In this document: positions 1 through 8,809 of the stretch, piece by piece
Layout: every line of letters starts with the position of its first letter
Numbering within the stretch: position 1 is the stretch's first letter
Source of the DNA: an uncultured Thermoplasmata archaeon
GTDB taxonomy: Archaea > Thermoplasmatota > Thermoplasmata > Halarchaeoplasmatales > Halarchaeoplasmataceae
NCBI GenBank assembly: GCA_964399335.1
Contig: CAYNQI010000001.1
Span: 24,361 to 88,360 of the forward strand
DNA length: 64,000 bases
Reading direction: 5' to 3'
Translations under genes and position numbers: made by a program
The notes under the pieces: model-generated
Told to the model about the DNA's origin: nothing
Database searches by the model: none
Seen by the model: only the letters and a program-made list of their open reading frames with translations

Positions 1-1
1 T

Positions 2-229
2 TCATTAGATATATTGAAATCGCATCCCAACGTCCTAGACAATCCAGAACCACAAGTTAGAGTAAAATCCATGGACGATTCTGCAGTGACATTAGCTGTA
101 CGACCATGGGTTAAAACAGAAGATTACTGGGACACATTCTTCGATCTACAGAAACAGCTTAAAGAAGGATACGATGAAGCCGGTTTGAACATCCCATATC
201 CACAGATGGACGTTCATTTGGATAAGTAA
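2..229 (+). CDS. mscS: Small-conductance mechanosensitive channel (MscS family), C-terminal part; gene starts before the window
   Basis: PEPQVRV..DSAVTLAVRPWV...DEAGLNIPYPQMDVHL is the typical MscS cytoplasmic C-terminus; frame open to the window edge. Confidence 0.85.
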   Translation, partial: SLDILKSHPNVLDNPEPQVRVKSMDDSAVTLAVRPWVKTEDYWDTFFDLQKQLKEGYDEAGLNIPYPQMDVHLDK

Positions 230-327
230 AACACGGGTTTATGTGTGATATCTCTGAGGTGTCACCTGATCCTTTTCTTTTTTTATTATGTTTAATTGGG
301 GGGGAACTAAACAGATATCTTTTTTGT

Positions 328-867
328 CTATTCCTCTAGAATTTCATTAAAGAACTGTTCAGCCTCGTTATGGAACTCTTTGATAGTACCTTCGTTAACT
401 ATCATCTTATCGGCTAGGGCGATGATCTTACCTATCCCCCAATCCAACTCACGATGATCACGCTCTACGAACTGTTCCCAATCTTCTGGTTTATCCTCTC
501 TACCCCTTTTCTTTAACCTTTCATATCTCGTATCGGGGGATGCGTGGATCGCAACTATGACCATCTTCTCCTGAAGTTCGGATTTGAATATTTCGACCTC
601 TTGGTAACTCCTAACTCCATCGATGACGGTTTTACTATCACCGATTCGATTCAAGGTCCTTTCAGCCCATATACCGAAATGGAAGTTCTCTCTTTGATCG
701 TGGGCAAAACTTCCGACGCTTATATCGTCCATGAGCATGTTCTCCTGCTTAGCGACCGTCCTAACAACATCACCCATCCTGACCACGTCGTAATCAAAAT
801 CTCTTGCTACCCTCAAAAACTCTTCCTTGCCTGACCCAGGCATGCCTGTAAGTAGAATCATCACCAT
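328..867 (-). CDS. Archaeal dephospho-CoA kinase-like P-loop kinase (UPF0200/COG0237)
   Basis: ILLTGMPGSGK Walker A, MGDVVR, IDGVRS, LKKRGREDKP, ELDWGIG; ATG at 867 follows a GAGGTGA RBS. Confidence 0.8.
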   Translation of the reverse strand: MVMILLTGMPGSGKEEFLRVARDFDYDVVRMGDVVRTVAKQENMLMDDISVGSFAHDQRENFHFGIWAERTLNRIGDSKTVIDGVRSYQEVEIFKSELQEKMVIVAIHASPDTRYERLKKRGREDKPEDWEQFVERDHRELDWGIGKIIALADKMIVNEGTIKEFHNEAEQFFNEILEE

Positions 868-878
868 GATATCACCTC

Positions 879-1676
879 TTAATCTGAAAACTCTCTCCAA
901 TCGACTCCTATAGTGGCGCTTCTCAATTTGGCTACCGTCGGTATCTTTCTCTTGTGAGCGTTCTTTTCTACCATGGCTTTTATATCTTGAACGTCCTCTT
1001 CAGATACTCCGTTGATCTCAGCGATCCTTTCCATGGTATATCCCTTTTCGATCCCTTTGAGTATCTCGTCTATTTCCTCGTACGCATACCCCAATTCATC
1101 TTCATCGGTTTGTCCCTCCCAAAGACCTGCTCTCGGAACCTTGTTTAAAAACCGTTCTGGAACATCTATGACTTCAGCTAATTTACTGAGGTCACTCTTG
1201 TAGATATCTCCAACGGGTAGGAAGTCTGCAGCACTGTCTCCATATTTTGTAGTGTAACCTAATAATAGTTCACTTTTGTTACTGGTACCAACGACCAAAC
1301 CGTTCTCAACATTAGCAAAGTAATACTCAAGGCACATCCGTATCCTTGCTTTTAGGTTTGCAAAGGCCATCCTGTTATCAGGGTCTCCAGGGAATTCCTT
1401 CAATATATTGTCTATATCTATATCGTGATATTTTACATCCCATTCAGATGCCAACCAACGAGCATCCTTCATATCCTGCTCAGGAGATGCAGATTCTGGC
1501 ATGATGAGGCAGATAACTTTATCGTTCCCTAGTGCGTCTATACATAATTTCAATACCGTTGCAGAATCCAGTCCACCACTCAATCCAAGTATCACTTTAT
1601 CGGAGCCGGTTTTCTCAACCTTGTCCCTGATAAAATTATATATGATCTTCAGAGTTTCGTTATTTGAAGAGGTCAT
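879..1676 (-). CDS. nadE: NH3-dependent NAD+ synthetase
   Basis: LGLSGGLDS, NLKARIRM, GTSNKSE, GYTTKYGD, PRAGLWEGQTDEDELG. Confidence 0.95.
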   Translation of the reverse strand: MTSSNNETLKIIYNFIRDKVEKTGSDKVILGLSGGLDSATVLKLCIDALGNDKVICLIMPESASPEQDMKDARWLASEWDVKYHDIDIDNILKEFPGDPDNRMAFANLKARIRMCLEYYFANVENGLVVGTSNKSELLLGYTTKYGDSAADFLPVGDIYKSDLSKLAEVIDVPERFLNKVPRAGLWEGQTDEDELGYAYEEIDEILKGIEKGYTMERIAEINGVSEEDVQDIKAMVEKNAHKRKIPTVAKLRSATIGVDWREFSD

Positions 1677-1726
1677 GATTTGGAAGTGAACCGTTGTAAT
1701 ATTACTTTTATGGTGCTGTGAACCTT

Positions 1727-2098
1727 TTACACTTTTTCGATCCTGATCTTTCCCTCATCTTTTACATCCTTTAACTTTTCAGATTCCTCCACGGATCCGA
1801 TCACGTTCACGTCACTTGCAGCTACCGGTTTTTTAGTGGTGGAATCCGGTGTTTCACCGAAGAACAGAGCTATGGCTTTACCTGGTGGCCAGTAAGCTAA
1901 GGTTCCTACTTCAACTTCTGTTCGAGCTGTTTCGTCGAGTTCCATCTCAACGGCTATCGGAAAGTAGAACTCGTTACCCCATGTCTGAAAAGCCTTCTCC
2001 ATCGGGAGCATCTCTTCGAAGACTTCTGCACAATTTGTATCCTTTAACTGACCCTTCAACTCTACATCTCCCACGATTACTTTGATCTCACTTCCCAT
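1727..2098 (-). CDS. Cyclophilin-like fold protein (DUF369/TM1367-like)
   Basis: WGNEFYF, GTLAYWPPGKAIALFFGETP, VNVIG motifs. Confidence 0.8.
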   Translation of the reverse strand: MGSEIKVIVGDVELKGQLKDTNCAEVFEEMLPMEKAFQTWGNEFYFPIAVEMELDETARTEVEVGTLAYWPPGKAIALFFGETPDSTTKKPVAASDVNVIGSVEESEKLKDVKDEGKIRIEKV

Positions 2099-2227
2099 AT
2101 TATCAACACTAGATTGGTTACAGATTTATTATTTTTTATGGTGTTTACTAGATCGACATCCCACTAAAATCGAAAGTTTTTTAACTTCTGTATTCCAAAT
2201 AATAATTAGATTATGGAGGCTTGAAAT

Positions 2228-2794
2228 ATGAAGGTTAGATGGTTGGGTAATTCCTGTGTAGAGATCTTTCGAGATCAACATATATTGATAGATCCGAACT
2301 TTCTAGTTGAACCGGAAAAGAAGCCAGATATAGTTCTTGTTACCCATGAACACGATGACCATTTCGATCCCGAGGACTTCGACGAGTATGGAAGTGATGC
2401 AAAACTACTAGCTCCGGAGCCGACTTTGGAGAAATTCGATCTGGACGGTATCGGAGCCGAACCGGGGATGTATTTTAAAGATATTAAGATGTTAGATTGC
2501 CAGTGCTGGAAAGCCGAGAAAAGTGTCAGTTATTACTACAAAGGTGTACTACATAGTGGAGATTCTAATGTTTTCCCGGATGTAGAAGATGTGAAGCTGC
2601 TGTTCACTGCCTGTTTCCCGGATTACTACGACGACTACATCTCAGCTGCAAAAAGGTTGGAAGCAGAAAAAGTGGTCCCGTTCCACTACAGCCCAGAGGA
2701 AGGTACTGATGACGCTGAAGAACTGGTTAGTCTGATGGAAGATGAAGAGATAATCGCTACTCTTTTGGAACTTGGCGAGTCCGTTGAAATCTAG
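2228..2794 (+). CDS. MBL-fold metallo-hydrolase (UPF0173/UlaG-like)
   Basis: WLGNS, ILIDP, VTHEHDDH, HSGD, VPFHY. Confidence 0.85.
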   Translation: MKVRWLGNSCVEIFRDQHILIDPNFLVEPEKKPDIVLVTHEHDDHFDPEDFDEYGSDAKLLAPEPTLEKFDLDGIGAEPGMYFKDIKMLDCQCWKAEKSVSYYYKGVLHSGDSNVFPDVEDVKLLFTACFPDYYDDYISAAKRLEAEKVVPFHYSPEEGTDDAEELVSLMEDEEIIATLLELGESVEI

Positions 2795-2830
2795 AAAGTT
2801 ATTTACACACTTACAATAATTAAGAAAAGC

Positions 2831-4258
2831 ATGAAGACCGCTATAGTCAACACAAAACTGCTCACATTCCAGGGGGAAGGATTGGGTATAATAGACGATG
2901 GAGCTTTGTCATTTTCCCGTGGGAAGATCGACTTCGTAGGTAAATCAAGTGATCTCAAAAGGGATGACGTTGAACGTACGATAGACGGAAAAGGTCACGT
3001 AACTATGCCCGGGCTTGTAAACGCCCATACGCATACTAGTTCTACGATCTTAAGGGGTGGGGCACAGGATGTACCGGAAATAGAGTGGATGAACAAAGCC
3101 ATCGGACCGATCGCTAGGCATCTAAAAAAAGATGATAGGATATTGGGTTCAAAATTAGGTGTGATAGAAGGACTGCGGTCAGGTATCACTACGTTCGGGG
3201 AATACATATCCGACGTTGGTAGATCCATCGAAGAGGTGTATGCACCTTTTGATGTTCGAGTAGCTGCCACGGAAATTATCAACGAAGTGACTTCCAACAA
3301 ACAAAGTTTAGGTCCAAAAGATGTTTACGAATTAGACAAGGATAAAGGAAGAAGAGCTTTGAAAGTGAGTGACAAACTCCAAGACAAGTACGAAGGAGAG
3401 GATCTGGTCAAGATGATGTACGGACCTCAAGCACTGGACATGGTCACTGAAGATACTCTCAAACAAGTTAAAGAACACGCGGAAAAAAGGAGCGCTAAAA
3501 TACATATGCACGTAGCTCAAGGTGAACGAGAACGATTACAGATCAAAGGTAGATATGGAAAGGAAGCCACCACTATTAAAGTACTCAAAGAATCGAACCT
3601 ACTTGATGAAAACCTCTTAGCTGCGCACTGTCATGATACTACACAAGAAGAAAAAGAGATCATGGTCGAAAACAATGTTGATATGGTAGGGTGTCCCAGT
3701 TCTATAGCTATGATAGACGGGATAGTACCACCGGTTTCAGAGTTCTTAGAACTAGGTGGAAACGTTGGTTTAGGTACTGATCAGGCACCAGGTCCGGGTA
3801 CGCACAACCTGTTCAGAGAGATGAGAACGGCCTCGATATTGACTAAAACCAAGTACAAAGACCCAACAAAACTACCTGCATGGGATACACTCAGGTTGGG
3901 ATGTATAGGAGGAGCAAGTGTTTTAGATTGGGATGAAAAGATAGGTTCTCTCGAGGAAGGTAAATCCGCGGACATCATCACTGTAGACCTCTCTAAAGTC
4001 AATTTGACGCCTTCAGTCGATATACCATTCCATAATTTCGTTCCAAATCTAGTTTATTCAGCAACCGGTTTTGAGGTGGACAATGTATTCATCGCTGGAA
4101 AACATATAATGAGGGATGGAGAATTCGTTAAAATAGATGAAAAAAGGGTAGTTAAAGAAGCTCAAGATAGAGCCGTCGACCTGTTCAAAGAAGCTAAAGA
4201 CGACTGGGAAGAAGCCGAAAGTTACCTGGTCGACATGACTCGAGAAGGACTTCTCTGA
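2831..4258 (+). CDS. Amidohydrolase, MTA/SAH deaminase-TrzA/AtzA-like
   Basis: PGLVNAHTH, HMHVAQGE, GLGTDQ, GSLEEGKSAD; substrate cannot be assigned. Confidence 0.85.
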   Translation: MKTAIVNTKLLTFQGEGLGIIDDGALSFSRGKIDFVGKSSDLKRDDVERTIDGKGHVTMPGLVNAHTHTSSTILRGGAQDVPEIEWMNKAIGPIARHLKKDDRILGSKLGVIEGLRSGITTFGEYISDVGRSIEEVYAPFDVRVAATEIINEVTSNKQSLGPKDVYELDKDKGRRALKVSDKLQDKYEGEDLVKMMYGPQALDMVTEDTLKQVKEHAEKRSAKIHMHVAQGERERLQIKGRYGKEATTIKVLKESNLLDENLLAAHCHDTTQEEKEIMVENNVDMVGCPSSIAMIDGIVPPVSEFLELGGNVGLGTDQAPGPGTHNLFREMRTASILTKTKYKDPTKLPAWDTLRLGCIGGASVLDWDEKIGSLEEGKSADIITVDLSKVNLTPSVDIPFHNFVPNLVYSATGFEVDNVFIAGKHIMRDGEFVKIDEKRVVKEAQDRAVDLFKEAKDDWEEAESYLVDMTREGLL

Positions 4259-5623
4259 TCACTTTTTGTGAAGTAAGTACCTCCCAACGTAAACGTCGAT
4301 ATCTTCCTTTCCGTTCACATCAAATTCGATAGTGTTCTTCTGTCCTTCCCCATCGAGGTAATAGAACTCAAAATCTGAGACATCCTCTTTCTTGGGGATC
4401 AACATTATAGATGCCTTTTCTAAATCATCCAAGAACTCCAGTCTTAAGAGTCCCTCGTGCTTCTCGACTTTTGCTTTTCTTGCGCCTCTGAATGTTTCGT
4501 AATGCCCTTCAAGTAGATCGAGCCTATCTTTCCTGGCGAAGAAGGGCATTTCCCTCCAATCGTCACCGTCTATTATATTCATCACTGCCTTGGCCACTGC
4601 TACCACAGATGAGGTTGGTGATGTGTTGCAGGCTAAAGCGACTCCGATATCTTCAGTGAATCCCAAGTAGGCGGAAGCTACAGCTATAGAACCACCGTGT
4701 CCTACCATTTTTTGGCCTTTGAAATCTTTAACACCCCAGCCGTATCCGTATCTGTCATTTTCCCTTGAAACGTAACCTTTGTGCATCTTTTCAATAAGGT
4801 CTTCAGCGATCAGTCTTTCACCGTTAAACACTCCTCCATCCATGTTCATGATCATATAATTGGCTAAGTCATCGATTGGACACAATAAGCCTCCTGCTGG
4901 GAAACTGAATTCTCTGACTGGTAGATCTGTTTCAGTTGGTTCACCGTCTCTGGAAAAGTAAGGTGTCATCTCATCATCTTTTCCATCCAGTTCAAAAACC
5001 GATCGGTTCATAGATAAAGGTTCGAATATCTCATTTTGAATAAAGTTCCTGTAAGAGGTACCTGTCACTTTTTCTATGATCTGACCTAAGAGACAATATC
5101 CAGTGTTGAAGTAGAAGAATCTCTCACCTGGATCAGATGGTATCTCGTCTTTTGCGTTGTTAACATGCATGTACAAGTCATCTAGGTCTCCAAGAGGTAC
5201 ACCTCTTTCTTCCAATCCGATCAACCTCGCAATCAAAACTTCACTTACACCTAGAGAAGGCATCCCTGAAGAGTGTGTGAGCAGGTGATGAATCGTTATC
5301 GAGTCGGGCCAATTTACCGGGATATATTCATTAACTGGATCCTTAACATCTAACTTCCCTCTTTCAACCAATTTCATGATCCCCAGTGCTGTAAATGATT
5401 TAGATATGGATCCGATCCCATAGATCGTCTTGACTGTTGCCGGTAGATCCTTTTTTAAATCCCTAGAACCAAAACCACGGGCATAATTAATTTCACTATC
5501 CTCAACTACTGCTAAACTCATCCCTGGTACTTTTGCTTCAGTCATCCACCAGCTGATAAAATCGCCTATCTCGTTGGAGGTGTCTTCATTCAAATTATCG
5601 ATTTTTTTAGCCATACATGTCAC
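4259..5623 (-). CDS. Serine hydrolase, beta-lactamase/peptidase S12 family (Pab87-like) with C-terminal extra domain
   Basis: SxxK (SISK), YxN (FYFN), HGG, LLTHSSGM. Confidence 0.9.
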   Translation of the reverse strand: MTCMAKKIDNLNEDTSNEIGDFISWWMTEAKVPGMSLAVVEDSEINYARGFGSRDLKKDLPATVKTIYGIGSISKSFTALGIMKLVERGKLDVKDPVNEYIPVNWPDSITIHHLLTHSSGMPSLGVSEVLIARLIGLEERGVPLGDLDDLYMHVNNAKDEIPSDPGERFFYFNTGYCLLGQIIEKVTGTSYRNFIQNEIFEPLSMNRSVFELDGKDDEMTPYFSRDGEPTETDLPVREFSFPAGGLLCPIDDLANYMIMNMDGGVFNGERLIAEDLIEKMHKGYVSRENDRYGYGWGVKDFKGQKMVGHGGSIAVASAYLGFTEDIGVALACNTSPTSSVVAVAKAVMNIIDGDDWREMPFFARKDRLDLLEGHYETFRGARKAKVEKHEGLLRLEFLDDLEKASIMLIPKKEDVSDFEFYYLDGEGQKNTIEFDVNGKEDIDVYVGRYLLHKK

Positions 5624-5712
5624 CTATGATCATCTAAAAGATGGCAAAATAAATATTTTTTTTGTTTTTTCTCCCGTAAATTTAAATTTTCTAAAGGCTT
5701 TCGCAATTATCC

Positions 5713-6111
5713 ATGCATCCTATAGAACCTTTGATACTAGCCGTTTCAGCTATCCTTATCCATGAGGTTTTTCACTACATACCTCATATATTTATGAAAA
5801 CTAAAATAGAAAGATTTATCGTATCTACTAAATCAGTTGGTTTTCAATTCTCAAACGACTTCCTGCAAGAGAAAAATAAGGTGATCGCAGTCTACCTGTT
5901 ACCCCTTTTCCTTTCATCGATATTAGTAATAGATCCTTATGCTCCTCGGATATTCATTTTTGGTATAGTTAATCTCCTTTGGAGTATCACAGATATATCT
6001 ACACTTGCTTCTCTTCTAACAAGATCACCCATTGAAAGGGTGAAATGGGCTGACAAGAAGGATAGGAAGGCTAGAGATAAAGCCATCATAGACTTGTCAA
6101 GATCGAGCTGA
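5713..6111 (+). CDS. Small membrane protein with HExxH motif (DUF3267/M50-like putative zinc protease)
   Basis: IHEVFH inside a hydrophobic helix and a downstream NLLWSITD motif; several hydrophobic segments. Confidence 0.55.
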   Translation: MHPIEPLILAVSAILIHEVFHYIPHIFMKTKIERFIVSTKSVGFQFSNDFLQEKNKVIAVYLLPLFLSSILVIDPYAPRIFIFGIVNLLWSITDISTLASLLTRSPIERVKWADKKDRKARDKAIIDLSRSS

Positions 6112-6115
6112 CTGA

Positions 6116-6448
6116 TCAATAATCTAAATCATCAACTTTCGAAGCGATTATAAAATCGTTTTCTGACAAGCCTTCAATAGCATGTGTGTAAAGGATTAAT
6201 TTTACAGTATTCCAAGATATGTATATATCAGGGTGATGTCCTTCTTCTTCGGCAATGTCCGCAACCTTGTTTACAAATTCCATAGATTCTTCGAAGTTTT
6301 TAAAACTAAAAATCTTCTTGATTTTATGTGTATCCTTCCTATCTATATCCCAGTTATCAACATCTTTTAGATATCTATCTTCTTCTACATCCGGCATCGG
6401 GGACTGTCCCCCTTCACAAGGGACACAATGTTTTTCAGATAATTCCAT
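6116..6448 (-). CDS. phhB: Pterin-4-alpha-carbinolamine dehydratase
   Basis: CVPCEGG, AEEEGHHPDI, YTHAIEGLSENDFI. Confidence 0.95.
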   Translation of the reverse strand: MELSEKHCVPCEGGQSPMPDVEEDRYLKDVDNWDIDRKDTHKIKKIFSFKNFEESMEFVNKVADIAEEEGHHPDIYISWNTVKLILYTHAIEGLSENDFIIASKVDDLDY

Positions 6449-6577
6449 CTAGATTACCATCGAATGATATCAAAACAGATTAATTAAATCTTGTGTTGCG
6501 ATGAATAAATAGACGTTAATCTAACATAACACAATTAAGGGGCAAATACGCAGTATTTTTAATTAGGCTTGATCCGA

Positions 6578-6859
6578 TTAAGGTTCTAAACTGACCGTTA
6601 TAGACATCGAGGAAACGTTGACTGTCCGATCATCCTCTTCTTGTTCTATCTCTTCAGTATCCGTTTCAATGCCGGTTATGTTTGCTTCTTTTAAAAATCT
6701 GTTTTTGGTTATCTCGGCAACGTCAACTGCCTTACTGATGGCTCTTCCTCTAGCCTTGATAAAGACTTCATCAGAGCCGCTATTGAATTGATTCACGACA
6801 GCCATAACGTACGCCATTGTTTCCTTATTTCCGATATACACTGTGTTTTCTTCTGCCAT
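6578..6859 (-). CDS. albA: DNA/RNA-binding protein Alba
   Basis: [33 protein letters not shown]. Confidence 0.95.
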   Translation of the reverse strand: MAEENTVYIGNKETMAYVMAVVNQFNSGSDEVFIKARGRAISKAVDVAEITKNRFLKEANITGIETDTEEIEQEEDDRTVNVSSMSITVSLEP

Positions 6860-6935
6860 ATCTATGTACCTCGCATATCTTGCATTTCCAAATTAAAAAG
6901 GTTATATTTACTATTTTAGTTTTTTAACTCTTTAC

Positions 6936-7215
6936 CCAAGAAGTCATCTTCCTAAATCTCTGATTTAGGTGGGGGATGAATTGGGGTGGCTTTTCAATCA
7001 CACTTTCACTGGCCCCCTCTAATAATGTCTTATATACCTAGAAAGAAATTCATACTTGGATGGAAGCTAAAAAAACCATAACTTGTAGGATTATCGAGCC
7101 CAACAAATGTAAATTAGAAGCCCTCAAGACAGAATATGATAAGGTTCAACGATATATCAAAGGTGAAGATGTTGATACCTATTCGGCTACCGTTCAAGCG
7201 ATGGATAAGTACACA
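6936..7215 (+). mobile_element. IS200/IS605-family (IS1341-type) remnant: left-end hairpin plus the 5' part of tnpB
   Basis: Hairpin CCTAAATC-TCT-GATTTAGG (6951-6969) followed by GGGGGATGAATTG and preceded by TTAC at 6932-6935; downstream ORF begins like archaeal TnpB (KTITCRIIEPNK.KL..L..EY...QRY..G....YSAT.Q..DKY). Confidence 0.6.
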
Positions 7216-7320
7216 GATTTTGGATGCCCTCGACGACGATGGTACCCTGGATTCACCATGCCATTGCTTGCCATCGCGGTAGTCCTAGCACTGGTAATCT
7301 ATTATAAGAAGAGATGGTAA
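7060..7320 (+). pseudogene. tnpB: Chimeric ORF: ~52 aa TnpB N-terminus fused to a PGF-CTERM-like membrane anchor
   Basis: No RuvC or zinc finger; ends PGFTMPLLAIAVVLALVIYYKKRW (PGF, TM helix, basic tail); TTATATA box about 30 bp upstream. Confidence 0.6.
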
Positions 7321-7348
7321 AAACCTATCAAATTCAACCAGGAGTATG

Positions 7349-7813
7349 TCAACCTTCTCTTAACCAATCTTCGAGAGCAGAGATACCAGTAGGATGACTT
7401 ATCTTGATCAATGCTTTAGCGGTTTCATCCTGAACCCATACTTTATCTTCCTTCAAAAGTTCTACTAAATGGTCAACTGCTTCTTCAGATCCTATCTCAC
7501 CCAGGGCATCGGCTGCACAACCTCTTACAAAGTAATGTTCATCATTTAAAAGTTCTATTAGATGTTCAATTAACTCTTCATTTTCATATTTACCTAATGT
7601 CCTAGCAGCTATGCCCCTTACTCTCTCATCATCATCATCTAATGCTTTTACCAAAGGATCGATAACTTTTTCATTCTCGATCACTTCGAGGATTTGAATA
7701 GCCTTTCGCCTAACTTCTGGATCATCATCCTGGAGGTCCTGGATTATTTTTTCGACATATCCCATCGTATCTTTCTCCGGTTCCGTCAACCCAATTTGTC
7801 CAAATGGACTCAC
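7349..7813 (-). CDS. HEAT-repeat (PBS lyase-like) protein
   Basis: Repeated L.D.D..VR..AA.ALG units; start is GTG 7813 or ATG 7765. Confidence 0.9.
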   Translation of the reverse strand: MSPFGQIGLTEPEKDTMGYVEKIIQDLQDDDPEVRRKAIQILEVIENEKVIDPLVKALDDDDERVRGIAARTLGKYENEELIEHLIELLNDEHYFVRGCAADALGEIGSEEAVDHLVELLKEDKVWVQDETAKALIKISHPTGISALEDWLREG

Positions 7814-7949
7814 TCCCTTTTAATAACAAATATTTTTGTTATTATTGAAGATATATTGAGGGTCCGACTATAAATAATTTACTGACAGAATACAATCAAT
7901 ATCAAAAAAAGATCGATTTTAAATGTTTAGATAAAACGGATATATACCT

Positions 7950-7993
7950 AATTTAGAAAAAAAAGGGAGGGAGGGTGATTATCGTGATTTATC
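7950..7993. repeat. ~44-bp dispersed intergenic repeat, copy 1
   Basis: AATTTAGAAAAAAAAGGGAGGGAGGGTGATTATCGTGATTTATC aligns with 59901-59942. Confidence 0.55.
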
Positions 7994-8171
7994 AATTGAG
8001 TAATTTTATAGCTCTATTAACGCAGGATTTATAATGTTCAAAATCCCCGTTACATTCAAAATCGAGAACCTCTTTAGTTCTCTCTAAACAATCCATGAAT
8101 GAACCTATAGAAGAATTAAAAGAATTTAAGGATTTGATATCCTGCCGGGAGATAGTTTCTCGGTCTAACAT
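7992..8171 (-). CDS. Small hypothetical protein (59 aa)
   Basis: ORF MLDRETISRQ...AIKLLN fills the gap; AAGGT upstream, T-run downstream; no recognisable family. Confidence 0.5.
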   Translation of the reverse strand: MLDRETISRQDIKSLNSFNSSIGSFMDCLERTKEVLDFECNGDFEHYKSCVNRAIKLLN

Positions 8172-8325
8172 AATATTGACCTTTAGGTCTGTTGTATATA
8201 TGTGTATATATGCACACATTTATAAACCTTTTGTACCTTGATGAAAATTAAAAAGAATGTTTTTTTATTATTTACCATAAAACAACATAGTAAGATATAT
8301 CATTTGCCCTGTCTTTTGATGGGAT

Positions 8326-8763
8326 ATGGTCTCGGTTAGGACCTTTAGAGTAGATGACCTAAGAAAGGTAATGAAGATCGCTGATGAATCTTTAAAAGAA
8401 ATTTATGATGAAGAGCTTTTTTTAACCCTTCATAGTGCTTGGAATACTGGTTTTTATGTGGCAGTGAAAGACAATGCTGTCATAGGATTTATTTGCGGCA
8501 CCATAATCCCCACTGAGCAAGCAAGATTGTTGATGCTAGCTGTCCATCCATTGTATAGAAGACAGGGTGTTGGGTCCACGCTCATGAGTGTATTTGTAGA
8601 AAAATGCATAATAGAGGAGGTCAAAATCATTGTCCTTGAGGTAAGACCGACCAATCACGTCGCTATCAATTTTTATCTGAGAAGGAATTTCAACCCTGTT
8701 GAAACTTTAGAAGACTTTTACACGAATGGGGAAACTGCGATAAAGATGGTAAAACATTTATGA
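8326..8763 (+). CDS. rimI: GNAT N-acetyltransferase, RimI/Ard1-like
   Basis: LAVHPLYRRQGVGSTL, LEVRPTN..AINFY, FYTNGETAIKM. Confidence 0.85.
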   Translation: MVSVRTFRVDDLRKVMKIADESLKEIYDEELFLTLHSAWNTGFYVAVKDNAVIGFICGTIIPTEQARLLMLAVHPLYRRQGVGSTLMSVFVEKCIIEEVKIIVLEVRPTNHVAINFYLRRNFNPVETLEDFYTNGETAIKMVKHL

Positions 8764-8809
8764 TGCTATGATTTCCAAATCTACGTAATTTGATCAATGA
8801 GGTGTAAAC

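Noticed and set aside
7060-7320. Functional Cas12f/TnpB nuclease
   Set aside because: Only about 52 aa of the N-terminus; no RuvC, zinc finger, right end or array
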